Below the pieces are notes generated by a model. It made no database searches. It was not told the DNA's origin and saw only the letters and a list, made by a program, of their open reading frames with translations. A program made the position numbers and the translations under genes. 64,000 nucleotides of DNA from Lama glama (taxonomy: Eukaryota). Location: contig CM052843.1 in assembly GCA_028534125.1 (NCBI GenBank), positions 1,612,001 through 1,676,000 on the forward strand. Direction: 5' to 3'. This document shows, piece after piece, positions 1 through 13,895 of the stretch. Position 1 is the stretch's first letter. Each line of letters opens with the position of its first letter.

Positions 1-59
1 TTCTAGCAAAAGACCCTTGGTAGATCTCATTTTCATTATTCTCTGTATGATCCGTTTTC

Positions 60-612
60 CACGAAAGGCCAAATACCATCTTTTGAAAATATGAAAGAGA
101 TCATATCCCTCCGCACATCCCGCTCATCAGTTCCACTAATTGAACCTCTTTGGTGGCTTCCCAGCGCCGCGAACTGCGATCCAGGTCCAGCGTGTAGGTT
201 TCTAGTGCTACTCCCTTCTTGCTTCTCACACTCCCTGGATCTCCCTTCAATTTTTTGTTCATACAAAACTCTTCTTTTCTTGGGCGGTTCCTCCCAACAT
301 TTTTTGCATAGATACCATCTTCTCTTTCTTTAAATGTTGGCTGAAGTGGTATTTCTTCAGAGATGCTTTCCTGATCTCCCTACCTGAAGTACGTTCCCCT
401 TATGTTTCCTTGTTCTCAACCCCTGATGTGTTTCCTTCATAGAATTCATTAGTTTTCCAATTACTACAATGACGTTTTTGTGTTCTTGGTTTTCATCGGC
501 TGATTCACTTGAATGTAGGGTGATCAGGGTAGTGATCAGGTCTGTCTTTAGTATCCTTCGTACCCAACATGACACTTGGGACACTGAAGGTACTCAGTAA
601 ACATTGTTTTAT
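60..612 (+). mobile_element. L2 LINE 3' fragment
   Basis: L2-like 3' end (ttcttcagagatgctttcctgatc ... ggtactcagtaaacattgtt). Confidence 0.6.
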
Positions 613-949
613 ATTAAAATGATAGCAATCGGTAGTAAGAAGCCCTTAGAATGATTAGATAACTCCTAGTTACAAACTGGAAACTCCTAACCAAATTTAG
701 CTTGAAGTTGTGGGGTTTTTTTGGTTTGTTTGTGTTAGGTTCTCTCAGACCAGTATGTGGTTTTATTTTATTTTATTTTTTAAAATTCCTTTTGGTGTAA
801 CGTGGATGCTACACTTTACCATAGTCCTCATCTAGGGGTGGTATTGAAAAAATGGTAACAACAAGGAACTTACATCTATTAGAAAGGACATAGGATATTT
901 TTTTCAGATATTAATAAGATACTAACTGTTCTACTCTGTCAGATATTAA

Positions 950-1900
950 CCCCAAGAGGAGGGAGTGATTTAAGAAGTTGCCTGATTATAGAAAGATCCA
1001 GAGGAACCTGGGGAAGAAGACTTGGCCAGGGCGAGGGGTGGGGACGCAAATAGGCCTTTAAGGCAGATATTTACTGACTTTTGTGGATGTCTCTCAATAT
1101 TTGAATACCCCTGCCATTCCAGTCCTGCCATCTCTAGCCTGGCCCTTGTAAGTATTTGAGTTTGTGGTTCCACTCTGCCCCTCCCCCATTTAGAATAAGA
1201 AGGGAAGAAGGCAGAGAACAGAGTCCTGGGAATGTCAACATTCAAGGACTGAGTGAAATAAATGAAGNNNNNNNNNNNNNNNNNNNNNNNNNNNNNNNNN
1301 NNNNNNNNNNNNNNNNNNNNNNNNNNNNNNNNNNNNNNNNNNNNNNNNNNNNNNNNNNNNNNNNNNNNNNNNNNNNNNNNNNNNNNNNNNNNNNNNNNNN
1401 NNNNNNNNNNNNNNNNNNNNNNNNNNNNNNNNNNNNNNNNNNNNTTTGTTTTCTAGCAGCTCAGGGAGAAACGTGCTTTAAGTGGTCAACTGTGCCAGTA
1501 GATAAGGGTGGAAAAAGTGTAGGCATTGGTGTCTCCAGGACAAGTTTTCAGTAGACAATAGGTATTAAATCAGCTTTCAGTGGAATGAGGAATGGTTGCA
1601 GACGACATGAGAGGCGTACCAGAGAGGGGAGTGGTCAACGTGGTCCACCCAGGGTGTAGGGCATGAGGAAGTGTGTTGTCTGTAGATAATTTCAGAACAA
1701 CAAAAAGCTGACTGAAGTTTATCTTCTTTTTAATATGGCCATACTCTGGCAGTTCCCAACGAGGTTAGGGTTAAATTTTCGCTCCCTTTACTTACCACTC
1801 TTAAAGAGAAGGATACAGCTGAAAGTGGTCATCAGGTCGAAGGAAGGTGACTTTATAAGACTAGAGGGGACTTGTGAATGTTTATATAATAGAAAGAAAG
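950..1900 (-). mobile_element. L2 fragment(s), antisense, interrupted by an N-run
   Basis: Purine-rich L2-like motifs (caacattcaaggactgag; aggacaagttttcagtaga; gaggaagtg...gtagataatt). Confidence 0.45.
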
Positions 1901-2329
1901 GGTCTGCCTAGAGGCAGAGTTTTAACAGAGCAGCAGTTGTAACCAGTACAGAATCTGAGGGTATACGGAATGCACAAAACACAGGAATGATGTAGCCTTG
2001 AACAAAGTCAGGTCTCTAATTCCTAGAGGAAGAATCCTTGATCCTTGATTCAGAACTGTTTCCATACGGCAAGTTGTAGATCTTTTTTTTTTTAATTTCT
2101 TAAATTAATTCACAAACTTTGACTACATTATTAAATAGGTTTTCGTTATAACCACTTTTGAAAGTAGCATCGATGTTTCAGAAGTAACGTCAGTATTCCA
2201 GATGTGACCACTAACTGAGTTATTTCATGGATTTCATGTTAAAGAATTTTAACTGCGTTATGTGAGAAGATATATTCTTATTTCTGACATTAAATTAGTG
2301 TATTCTGCATTTGCACTTATTTCATACAG

Positions 2330-2480
2330 GTAACAAATATTGGGTGTTCAAGGACACGACTCTTCAGCCTGGTTACCCTCATGACTTGATTTCTCTTGGA
2401 AGCGGAATTCCCCCGCATGGTATTGATTCAGCCATTTGGTGGGAGGACGTTGGGAAAACCTATTTCTTCAAGGGGGACAG
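2330..2480 (+). CDS. MMP16: MMP16 (MT3-MMP) internal exon, hemopexin domain (probably exon 8), 151 nt
   Basis: Translates as (G)NKYWVFKDTTLQPGYPHDLISLGSGIPPHGIDSAIWWEDVGKTYFFKGD(R), which matches recalled MMP16. Acceptor ttcatacAG ends at 2329; donor GTcagt starts at 2481. Confidence 0.97.
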
Positions 2481-5309
2481 GTCAGTACACACTTCACATG
2501 AGGAAAACAATTAACTAATGTTTAGAGAAGTCAATATTTCTAGTCTATCATAGGCATGTACATTTGATGGAGGAATCTGACTGTGTGTATATAAACACAA
2601 GAATTAATAGAATTGAAACTATTTCTAAACATATTTTAGAATAATATTCAAGATAAATCTCTCTCTAATATACCCAAATAATGTGACTTTCTTATGAATG
2701 TGTATATGTAGTATATATTTTTTCTTTTCTTCGTAATCTTAACATGCCTATAAAACTATGTAGCAGTGTATATTTATCATTACAATACATTTCCTTGTAA
2801 TTAAACTTACTTTCTAACACAGGATTTTTTTTTTTGCTTTTATATTTTAAGTTAAAATTTTGCAGTCTGCACACAGTTAATTTTGAGTATTTTCAAATAT
2901 CTTCGGTTTAGTCATGAGTTCTAATTTTCAGGACACTATTTATTTAGGTACTGGCAGATAGGTGCTGTGAACTAACCAGCCATCACTGGGCTAAATACTT
3001 TTGGTTGAAAGTATAATATCCTTCGCTATTTTGTCTCATTTCTTTTCCTTTTATGGCATTCCTACCAGAGTTTGTAAAGCTTAAGTGAATTGTTAGTCTT
3101 ACAACTTTACAGTGATCACTAGGTGTACATAGTTCTACCCTTGCCCACTTTTTGACAGATATTACATATAAAATATAATGTTGAAGGCTACATTTTTATT
3201 CATTTAAATTAATATTTGGTTAAAAAAGTAATAAAAAAGAAAAATTAAATTTTAATTATACTATTACTAGCCAGGTCAAAATGTGACACTGGTATGTCAA
3301 AGAACTTTATGCCATTTTACAAGTAAATTTACAGCACACACCTACACACACACACATATAAACAACAGGCTTTAATGACCAGCAAACTAGTATTGAGTTT
3401 GCCATAAAATCTTAGCATAACATAACCCTATAAAATGTCTCAAATTTCAGGAGAAAAGTAAGAATATAAGCCTTGTGTATTTTGCATTTAGCAGGTGATT
3501 TCAAATGTTGAGCTTTACCTATGAACAAAAAGATCCTATAATTTGCCTCCGTGGATACAAATGTATACTTTTACATTTATTCTGTTATTAACTTTCTATA
3601 CATCAGATTTGTATATATTTCTATGGCAAAATGTGCATAGATTTTAATTCACTCCCATGAAACTAAAGTTTTGCTAAACATTTCCTACTAAATCACAAAA
3701 TAAAAAAGATTCATCCAACTAAAATTCTATTAGGGAAGAAGACACTATTTATCACAGAAAAATATATGATTCTCAGCAAGATAAAAGCGTAATAGAGTAT
3801 GGAAAGGAAAGAAGGAAGGTGCTGACTGCCACAGCATGGTGACTACTAATAAAAATAAATCTGTGAACTTATATTCTTTAAAATAACAACTCTCAAGGTT
3901 GTTAGAGTTAATTCCTCAGCTGGTTTTAATTGCTTGAAAGTACTCTTTCGGGACTAGGTTCAATACAACGTTGTGTAGGCTATTTGTTTTTAGTTTTATT
4001 TTCTTTTGTTTGTTTTGGTTTTTCTGTTTGTTTGTTTTTTTTTCCCCAGAAAAGGGTAGAATCAAAAGGCTGAGAAGACACACTGAATATGTTAACTTCT
4101 ACAGGACAGAACATGAAAGCTTTTCATGTGACCGTTTTAATGAGGGTTTCATAGACGATCAGAAAAACTGCCATTTTATTGTCATACTTTTTAAAAATGT
4201 TTCCATTCTAAAAACTTAGCACTTCTTGAAAGAACTGAAGTTTAGAAATTAAACGTGGGCTGCCTCAACCCAGTGAAATCAATGAAGGATAGATACCAAA
4301 TTTGTAACAGAATAAAGACTATAGTAAATGAGAAAAGGAGTTTTAGTTCACTTATTTCCTACTTGAGAAGCTGCATGCAAAATATAACACATATATAGAA
4401 ATATTCTGCTTCTAAGTTCTCCTTAAATTAGTCTTATAGGTTTTAAAAATATATAAAGCAGGGTCCCATTTAATTTCCACGTATGTGATCTTATGTAAGA
4501 GTTTGTGAGTCATAGATGTTTGTAAACAGATTACTTCATATTTGCGTACTTATATAATTCCAAAGTCACAACATTTATCAATACATTCATTCTAGATTAA
4601 AAGTAGATGGAAAAGACATTAAACTGTCTAACTCAAACAGATAAACCACAATTTGATTGTCACTTTTGTGTAAGAACTCAGTGAGTCTTCCTTTGTTAGA
4701 GGCATTTATATATTTACAATACTTATCATTTTTAACATTGCATATATCTTCCATGTACATTTTTGAAAGAAAACATATTGAAAATTATTAATCCTTACTT
4801 ATTTCTTCCTCTTATTCCACTGTCATTTTTCTGCCTAAAAAATGTATTAACAGGTTTCTATGTCTCAAAGGCTCTGGTCAGAAAAGAATCTTAGAGATAA
4901 TCTATTCTAGGTATAAAAACACCAAATTGCTTTAAGGTGTCAGGTCAAATAATGTGGATAGTGCTGTGTACAGCAGTAGTATTTATGGCCATAGGGAGTG
5001 ATGGGTACTGTGAGGAGCTGGAAAGTGCGAATACTCTAGGAAAACAGTAAATATCAAAAACATATATATATAATTTGCTAGACAAACAAAGCACATCTTT
5101 AAATTAGATTCAGTTTAAGTGCTGCCATATGTCAGCCCTGCATCTTATTCACGTCCTACCAAATTCTAGGCAGCCTCAGTTACACCCCAGATGTGTTCAT
5201 CCTTCTGTACCGACTCCCTATGGTAACAGTGTAAATGTGAGACAACCCATTCCCTTCTCAACAGCTCTAACTCCTGCTTCCTTAAGATTCCTCTACTGGT
5301 CTTGCCCTA

Positions 5310-6400
5310 GCCCTCACTCATTTATTTAAAAAATAGTTTGGACACACATTGTGTGACAGGTGCCAGGTGATAAAGATATTGCAGTAGAAACAGCCACAAG
5401 GCTTCAGCTCCCATGGTTCTTAGGTTCTGTCAGGGGAGATAGTAGTAAACAGAGAAGAGATAAATGACCCTGACATTTTGACATTGAGGAATGCTCCAAA
5501 GACATAAAATAGGTGACATTGTGACAGAGGCTCATGGGTGGTAAGGAGCGGTTGCGAAAGCAGTGTGGAAGTCAAGAAAGGCCTAAGTTGTGAAAGGGAC
5601 ACTTATGCAGGGACTTGAGTGGGGAGAGGTTTCAGCCACATAAAACCATTCAAAATGATGCCTCATAGGCACATGAAACAGCAGTGGAAAAGCAGTAACG
5701 TTGGAATGTGCACATCAGAAAAAAACATGGTGGCTTGAGCATAGTGAGTGGCCGAGGAAGTCACACAGGTAAGCAGGGACCAGATTATGGGGCCCTGCAG
5801 ACTATGGCAAAGACTGGATTCTGAGTACCATGGAAAGGCATTGGAGGTTTTTCAGTGGGGCATGCATGTTCTGCTGTGTGCTCACGAACATCATTTGGGC
5901 ATCTGTGTGAAGAATGGGCTTCAAAACTGGAAGCAAGGGGATAAATTGGGAGGTGTCCTCCAGTACAAGGGGACATGATGGTAGCAGTGGAGACAGAGCA
6001 AAGGGGGTCGGCATGGTGTACATTTCAAATATAATCATAACAAGTTTTCTTAGTGGCTTAAATTTTAGGTGTGAGAAAAAGAAAATCAGACACTTCTAGG
6101 TTTTTCACCAAAAATGATTGAGTTAGATGGTGCCATTTCTGCAGAAAGGGCAGATGGGGAAGAAATATTAAGTGAAGGGAATTAAAAGTTTGAAATATTT
6201 ATATCCAGATTGAGTTACCTGTTTTCACACCAACTGGAGAAGTCAAATAGGTAGTTGGACAATTGAGTTCACATCTTAGTGGAAAGGTTGGTTGGAGGCA
6301 CAGATCTGAGAAGTAACTGAACATATAAATTGTACTGAAAGCAGGGACCTGCACGAAATCTCCCAAGTGTAGAGTCAGCTGAAGAAGAGTAGATGCAATG
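5310..6400 (-). mobile_element. L2a-like LINE, antisense
   Basis: Starts with the reverse L2 tail (cactcatttattt...tgtgtgacaggtgccagg) and continues with typical L2 body (ggcattggaggtttttcagtgggg; agatggtgccattt; gaagtcaaataggtagttggac). Confidence 0.8.
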
Positions 6401-8057
6401 ATGGTTCTTTAAACAGATCTGTAAATTCAGATGAGAATTTCCAGTTTGACTTTTTCACATACGGCCTGGAGCTCAGTCCCCCAGCCTCCCACTTGCCCTT
6501 TTCCTAATATGCTATAATTTGATGCTTGGATACATTCTGATTTTCATAACATTTAGTTCTAAAATGCTATGTTTCTAAATCATCTCTCAGCATCTTCTCA
6601 CAAGTATATTCAAGACTCTTTTGTCATACTTCATTCTAAGCTGAACCTTTGAGAATTTTGAGACCTTTTCAAAGAAAAAAACAAAAATTTAGGTCCATTT
6701 TGGTTTGTTTTATTATTATTTCCACTAATAGTCAATCTGAAAAATACATTGATTTCCTGTAGCTCCAGCTGTGTGTTTATGAAGTTTTTACGTGTTTTTA
6801 AAATTATCCAACAGAGTACAAAAATGGAGATTTTGTATGATTATCTGGATGTGAGAAAAAGTGACTCTGTTCTGCGGTAACTTAACAGAGAGAGGCAAGT
6901 AGTCTTGACTCGGAGGTAAAACAGACAAAGTAGGATGAAGAAATGCTTGGGTCCCATGGACTCTGTCTTGGAGCCATTTTTTGTTCAGTTTGAGTTCAGT
7001 ATCCAGTAACAATAGAATATGTCGTTCCAGAATTGTCTATACCTCTTGTTTGTTCACACAGAAGGAATGTAAAGTAACACTGTATTCTACCACATGGGCG
7101 ACTTCTGTCTCTTATGAATGTGACTCATGATCAGGTCTAAAAAAATGATGAATAAATCCCATTTCAATTCGTAATTTATTTTAAAACATTGATTTACAAT
7201 GGTTTTCTCAAAGAATCAGCAATTTAAAGTCAATTCTACTGCAGAGATTACTGATATATCAGAAGAAAAAACTGTAAGATTTAGTTATAATAACCTTTAT
7301 CATTTGCTGACCCTTGTACACAAAATTCCAATTTTTTTCTTTATAATATCTAAATTTGAACTCCCCAATGGTTTATTTGCACAATGTTCCATCTGAATAT
7401 GTTAATATACTTCTCAATGAACCCGTGAAATACCACGGAGGCAAAAACTCAGTGGGGTGAGCTTTTTTGTTCATGTTGAAATATGTTCAAATATGTTAAA
7501 AATTAAAGTGCAAACCTATATTTATATTAAAAAAGCCTCAGTACCTTTTATAAGGCAGCTGAATATAATGTTTATATCTAATAATATAATGGACTGAATA
7601 ATATTATGGCTAAATATCATTAGATGATTCTAATCACATTTAAGTTACTGGATTTGTATCAAAGCTGACACAGCAGATATCCTGAGAGTCCAAGCCTATT
7701 TTGAACTTTTCGAAGATTGTGAAATGATCCCAAATAGGTTTGCATTATCTGCTAGCACAGAGAGGGAAAATTTGCTTTTATTCTGACAGATTCATACCAG
7801 AATTATGTTCCTGTAAGAGAGTATAATAAAATGCACATTCCATTAATATTTTCTTGAAATGTGATCTCAATGAATCTTACGTGTCTGGCATATATGTGCA
7901 CAAAAAGTTTGGCAGGTGAATGGATCTATGAATGAATAGAACAAGGGATGAAGGAAAATTATACTCACACAATGAACATGAAGAATTTGAGTGAGGGTTC
8001 CGAGAGGGTACGAATGACGGGGGGATTAATGTTAGAATGTTCTATCAAGGGAAGTAC

Positions 8058-8370
8058 TGGCAGTAACGTGGTAGAAACTACTCAACTAGGGAACAAAGAG
8101 CCTTAGTTTGAATTTCAACTCTAACATTCAAAAAGGGCAAATGTGACTAAGACATTACTTTTGAATAATATGATGCCCAATGCTTAGTCACTGACTGAAC
8201 TGAGTGACCATAATGTACTGAATCCATTGTTAGGACATCATCACAGAGTACAGTATAATATGCAGTATGAAGGACTGTTGAGGGATTTTAGTGAAATAAG
8301 ATTAAATATAATGTATGTATATAAATTTACTTTATAGCTACAAAACACTCCATAAAGAATAGGTATTGTT
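8058..8370 (+). mobile_element. MIR SINE fragment
   Basis: ggcagtaacgtggtagaaa...tagtttgaatttcaactct ... gactgttgagggattttagtgaaataa. Confidence 0.5.
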
Positions 8371-9499
8371 ACATGAATTTTGTTATAACCACCCCTTAGA
8401 GAACAAACCTGGCTCTGAGTATGAACTTAACTTCCTTGAATCACACGTAGAGTAGGATCCCATTGTCCCTAGAATTTTAAATTATTCCTAAGTTAGTAGA
8501 ATTTTGAAACTAGCTTTAAGTTACGGTTTATACCATATAAAAATGCCATTTTTCATAAAATGCATCATTATTTAATCTATCATTGAGAGAAAAACCCTGC
8601 CCAGTAAACTTTGACATAGTATTGATTGTAAACTGCACCCCAATGTTAGAGATGTAAAGTGTGAGAAAATGTGTATCTTAGCATCCATGAAATCAGGTAT
8701 CTGACGATTTCTCTGAGAGAGGTTTTCTTTATGGTCAAGTGGAGGAACCAGTTAACATATATGACTATCATAAATCCCACTGAAATATTTACTTGGGAGA
8801 AGAGATCTGGAGATTTTGAGTGTTGTCTCAACCCAGTTAACCAGGATATGTGCGTCACAGAATGTTCTGTGATAAAGGAATATTCAAAAATAACTTAAAA
8901 GCAGATGTTTCCATGAAAAACTGTGAAAGAAAATGCACTTTTGTGTTGATAGAGCAGTTCACTCCCTACCTGTCTTCTTCAAAAAATATTGAGCTCCATT
9001 ATTTCAGCTCAGTGCTTCTGCATGCAGCTTCTCCCGGTATCTTTATCAGATCTACCCTCATCTTCTGTGTATTAACAACCTATGATGGACACCTCCGCCG
9101 GGTGTTTGCCTTCTGCACAAAACCTGCCTTGTGGCTTATTTATTGGGATGCATCCTGAAACAATCTTTTTCTTCTTTCCACATGAACACTGAGAATGGAG
9201 CAAGTGCTAACACTCTGGATGTTACTTATGTGAGGTTTCTAGGAATCTATAGCAAAACCTTCTTTACAAGATCCCATAACTCTGTAGATAAAGCATTCTC
9301 CATAGACCCGAAATGGGAAAATAGTCAGAAAAGACTGGATTTTTTTTTTCTTTTTCTGATTTGAGCCAAACGCCTAACCCCGAGATAATGCATTGTGTGT
9401 TACTTCACAAATCTGTGTTGCTGAAACATGACTTTTGGCAGATGTTAAGAGATGTCTAGCAGGGTGGGGGAGGGGGAAGGCTGTCAAACATTTTTGGTA

Positions 9500-9690
9500 T
9501 GTGTAGAGAAACGAATAGCAACTTTTGAAATCAGACAGAACTGGTTATAAATCTACCTATCATTCATTGTCCTCCAAGAATTCTCCTCCCTCAGAGGGGG
9601 ACAGTGATGACCCTCTGATGGGTTTGTTGTGATTAAATAATACAATACATAGCGCATTATGCCTGCCTTAAAATAAGCAGTATCACTGTG
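9500..9690 (+). mobile_element. MIR SINE
   Basis: acttttgaaatcagacagaactggttataaatct ... gggtttgttgtgattaaataata. Confidence 0.6.
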
Positions 9691-9919
9691 GACTCCCAGT
9701 GGTGTCACCCCGGTTTTGTCCATCCTTTTGAGCAGTCAGGCCTACATCTGTTTGACTCTTAGAAAATACAAACCATAATGAGTGATCCAAAGTAGGGACA
9801 TTCACAGTTCACTCCTCAGTTGGCTAGCAGTTCTGTGAAGGTGGCCCAATGGCCGCCCTGTGAAGGGATGAAGGTCTGAGAGTTCTGACTCTTGGTAAGT
9901 TTTGCTTTCATCTATTTAT

Positions 9920-10950
9920 CTGTCTATACACCAAGGATTCTAGTCAAGACCTGCCCTAAGGTCCACACTCGACGAGGTCCCCAGTAGCCTCGTCAGCAAC
10001 TCCACTTTAATGTCTAGCAGGCATCTGAATTTAAGAAACCTAAAACTAAACCCATGATTCCTCAAACCTCCCCAACTTAACCATTCCTTGCTTCCTTATC
10101 TCACTGAATGGCAGCATTATTCTTCCGATGTTCAGCCTCCAAATTCTTGAATTATGCTCAACCTCATTCTCTCATATCCTGCGTTCAATCCATTAGTAAG
10201 CTCTTCGGGCTTTTCCTTCAAAATAATGCCCCAGTGCCTTGAATTATCATCAGCTCTATGGCATACACTCCAGCCCGAGGATGACTGAAATGCCATCCTA
10301 ACTGCTGTCATCCGTGCTTCTGCTTCACCCCCTTCAGTCTATTCCACTCACAGCAGCAGTGGGTTCCTCTCAAAACTAAGCCATGTCTTGAAGGTCCTCT
10401 GCGCAAAGTCAGCATTGGCTTCACTTCTCTCTTAGAGGAAAACTGAAGGCTTTGCCATGGTGTGAGGGTCTCAGCTCCCACGTTGACCTTGTCTGCCCTT
10501 TGCTAGTGCAGTTCTAGTCGCCCTGGCCTCACTGTGGACGCTTAAGTTTGCACCTGCCACGGAAACTTTTGGTAACGAGTTTCTCCACCTGGAATGTTAT
10601 TCTCTCTGAAACTACGTATGCCACTCCTCACTTCTTTCTGCCCTCTGCTCAAATGTCACTTTATCACAGGTGACCTCTCTAACCACTGATTTTGTATGGC
10701 TGACCAATGGTCCTGGATACCTTTTTCTGCTTTGTTTTCTTTATAGGTCTTAGCACCTCCTATGATAGTATGTATTGAATGATAAATTGTTTTTTGCCCA
10801 TAACCCCTGTATATCCTAGAAGGTAAGACTGATGAGAGCTAAGGCATGTCTGTTTTGTTCAAGGTTGTATCTCCAGCCCCTACATTAATGTTTGAAACAT
10901 AGGAGGTACTCAATAAAGATTTGTTAAATAAATGAATGAAAAAATGAATC
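9920..10950 (+). mobile_element. L2a LINE 3' ~1 kb
   Basis: tgtctagcaggcatctgaa..., ctgctcaaatgtcacttt, and a canonical end (tagaaggtaag...gtatctccagccc...ggtactcaataaagatttgttaaataaatgaatgaa). Confidence 0.88.
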
Positions 10951-11331
10951 AAGATTATGCTTATTTCAAAAAAGGATCCAGCTGCCTAAGTAAGATTTTT
11001 TTTTAAAAATCATGAAAACCTCTGATTTCTGCACAGATTGCTGACACCCTTTTGAATTGTAGCTGTGCTTGGCTTGCATTATTTTTAAATTAATTTTAGC
11101 AGAGTTGCTAAATACACAATAACCTACCCATCATTTTTTTTAGCATATTGAGAAAAGGAAACAGAATACATTATTTGTGTCCACCATCTTTGCATGATTT
11201 GTATCAGTTCTGTAAATCATTAACAGGTAGCGTTACAGCAAGGATTTAATGAATGTTAGCGGTTAGTGTTTATCTACATAATTGTCTTTCCTATGCGTGT
11301 GTTGTTGTTTTTGTTTTTCTGTCCTTTGTAG

Positions 11332-11447
11332 GTATTGGAGATACAGTGAAGAAATGAAAACCATGGACCCTGGCTATCCCAAACCAATCACAGTCTGGAA
11401 AGGTATCCCTGAATCTCCCCAGGGAGCCTTTGTGCACAAAGAAAATG
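11332..11447 (+). CDS. MMP16: MMP16 internal exon, hemopexin domain (probably exon 9), 116 nt
   Basis: Translates as (R)YWRYSEEMKTMDPGYPKPITVWKGIPESPQGAFVHKEN(G). Acceptor cctttgtAG ends at 11331; donor GTatgc starts at 11448. Phase is compatible with the previous exon (AG|G = Arg). Confidence 0.97.
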
Positions 11448-12129
11448 GTATGCAACATATGCATGATGTATTTCATGAGTCTACTAAGCATCTCAACAAT
11501 CTATTCTACTTTCTCCCTATGCTAAGTGATTAGAAGCTGCCACACTAGGGCTGTGTCATGTTTATATTAATTTTCCTTCCTAGATTTGTGTTTAATATTA
11601 TGCTCCAGATACTTTTTAACCTCAATCTATTTTAGTTTATAAGAAAAAAGTAAAGGTAAAGGAAATTTTTATTTAAATCAAGGTTGTAAATACCTTTGAA
11701 GTAACCTCACCTATTTTCCATTAAAATTCCTATAAGGATAATTATTATAAAGATAATAATAACAAACATGCGTGGGTAGGAGCTAGTGACAAAGAAGATA
11801 CATTGTAAGTGTGGGCTGAGGCACAAAGACATTGGTAATACTGCATGTTGAGAATTACAATTTTTCATGTATGCCTTTGGCCTTGAGTTTCAGCAAACAA
11901 GGAAGATCCCAGCTCAATACAGTCAGGCTGGAGCAGATGTATGATTGCTTAGTAACAAGAAACAGATCAAAGACCTGCCCACTTCCCTTGCTCTTCACCT
12001 CAGGATTCAGAATTCAGCCAGATACTGAGTGGAAAGTTAGCCAAACAATGGATAACCAGTACTCCTGTATCTGTTGGCAGATGTAAAGTCTGAACATCTC
12101 TCTCCCCATTCAGGGATGAGTAAGTAGGA

Positions 12130-13100
12130 ATAAACCATAATAATCATAATTCAAAATAAAATGTATACACAATATTCTAGAACAGAGGAAAGGGAAGTGG
12201 CATCAAACTGAAATACAGAGACAAAACTTACCCTCTCAAATTAGTTCCAACAGGAGCCACAAGAAAATAATACATTATGTCAGTTCTCCATAGCATGAAA
12301 AGTCTGTATATATACAACAAGAATGAATACATCGCATACAAGAGCAAAATTAAATGCATCTAGAGAGAGGAAAGAACAAAAAGATTTAATGAAGAAACAG
12401 GGGGAAATGAAAAATAAACACCACCACTGAAAACAATGACCAACCAACGGCATTATGCCAGAGTTTAAGAAAACTTTCCACTGAGTGCAAACTTGAAGGA
12501 ACTAAGACCCAACATGAATGATACCAATCAGAAAAGTCAAACACAAACTGTGCTTTGACCACTGTTACAGGGCATGTTACATGACATTCTGTGCATAGTG
12601 TCCCACAGGTAAAACACTGTAGGCAGCGATTAAATCAAAATGAACTTTCAAGCCCTGATTATAGCACTGGCTGAGAATTATAGATTTTTGTGTTTATTCT
12701 GTTGGTTCAGAGAATTAAAGGACCAAGATATGGCCTCTATGTGACAAAAAGCAGAAATCCACAGAAAAGGACAGTTAAGATGAAACCTATCTGTTTGAAA
12801 TAAAAAGGAAATCAATACGAAAGCAAAGGAAATCACAATGCAGTCACACTGAAGGCAATAAAATATAACGAAAAAAATCTTGAGCAACTATGCAGATGCA
12901 GGTGGAAGGGACAAAGAAGTGAAAAAAAATATGAAAGATAAATTACATGGAAGGCAGAAAACCGAAATCATACCCAAAAAATTGCAGCTGTCACTAAGGA
13001 AGCAACCAGTGGGGAGAGGAGATTTCTTGAGGTGAATCTAAAAGGGATTGTTTTAGCCCAGATAAATCCAGCTCTAGCTAGCATTTACAGAATTTCTACC
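12130..13100 (+). mobile_element. Highly decayed L1M/HAL1-like ORF1 region
   Basis: A-rich sense-strand composition with weak ORF1-like motifs; by-eye call only. Confidence 0.3.
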
Positions 13101-13639
13101 ACTGTTTTAGATTGCCTTCAATCAGAGTTACCACACACTAGACAAAATTATGTGCAAAGAAAATTAAGCCAAGATCTTACTAGTGATTAAGTCTAGCAAA
13201 TTTGATAATAGTTGTTTTTATTTTATTGCCATTAATATTCTAAAAGAAGTATAAACTTTTATAATAAAAATAACTTTTAAAATAATTAACAATTATTTCA
13301 AAAGACTGAAAAAATATACATAATCTTAATTCCTTAACATATTAACTGGTTTCATTTCCCCCTTTTCTATTCACAAAGCCATTAATACCTACAGTTGATT
13401 CAGTTTCTCTGGAAATAATTCATAATTACATAAAAATAATAAAAGCATCTTGCTGCGTCTTGCCCCATGATTTTTCATATTCTTGTCCACCTGAAAATCA
13501 TATTAGCTTAGTGTAAATTGTTTCCTTATATTCAGAATTTAATATTTCCTTTTTACATAGCAAAGGATACCTGTAAAATCCTGGCAGAGAAATGAAGCAC
13601 ATTGGAAGAATTATTGCTTACTAATGACAAAAAACTGCA

Positions 13640-13895
13640 GGTGAAACCTCAGCATGTCTATGTCTTCTGCACCTTAACTTGGTCCGACCCCCACCTCTTT
13701 GATATCTTTCAACACTGAGCTCACTTTTGATCTTTCAGGAATCCTTGAACATTCTTTTTTTGGTACCCTGTCCCTTACATTCAAAATCTCATATTACTAC
13801 TATCAACATGTATGCCTATTATCCCCTCTAGTGCAAACTCTTAAGACACAAGTACATAGTAATAAACATTCAATAAATATCAGTTGTTGAAATTA
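13640..13895 (+). mobile_element. L2 3' fragment
   Basis: tcccctctagtgcaaactcttaag ... acatagtaataaacattcaataaatatcagttg. Confidence 0.5.

Noticed and set aside
2481-2514. Exon 8 frame reading into the intron (SVHTSHEENN*) as a soluble isoform
   Set aside because: Short read-through is expected by chance, the donor is canonical, and there is no transcript evidence.
11448-11533. Exon 9 frame extending ~28 codons into the intron
   Set aside because: No recognisable homology and no convincing nearby poly(A) signal; chance open frame.
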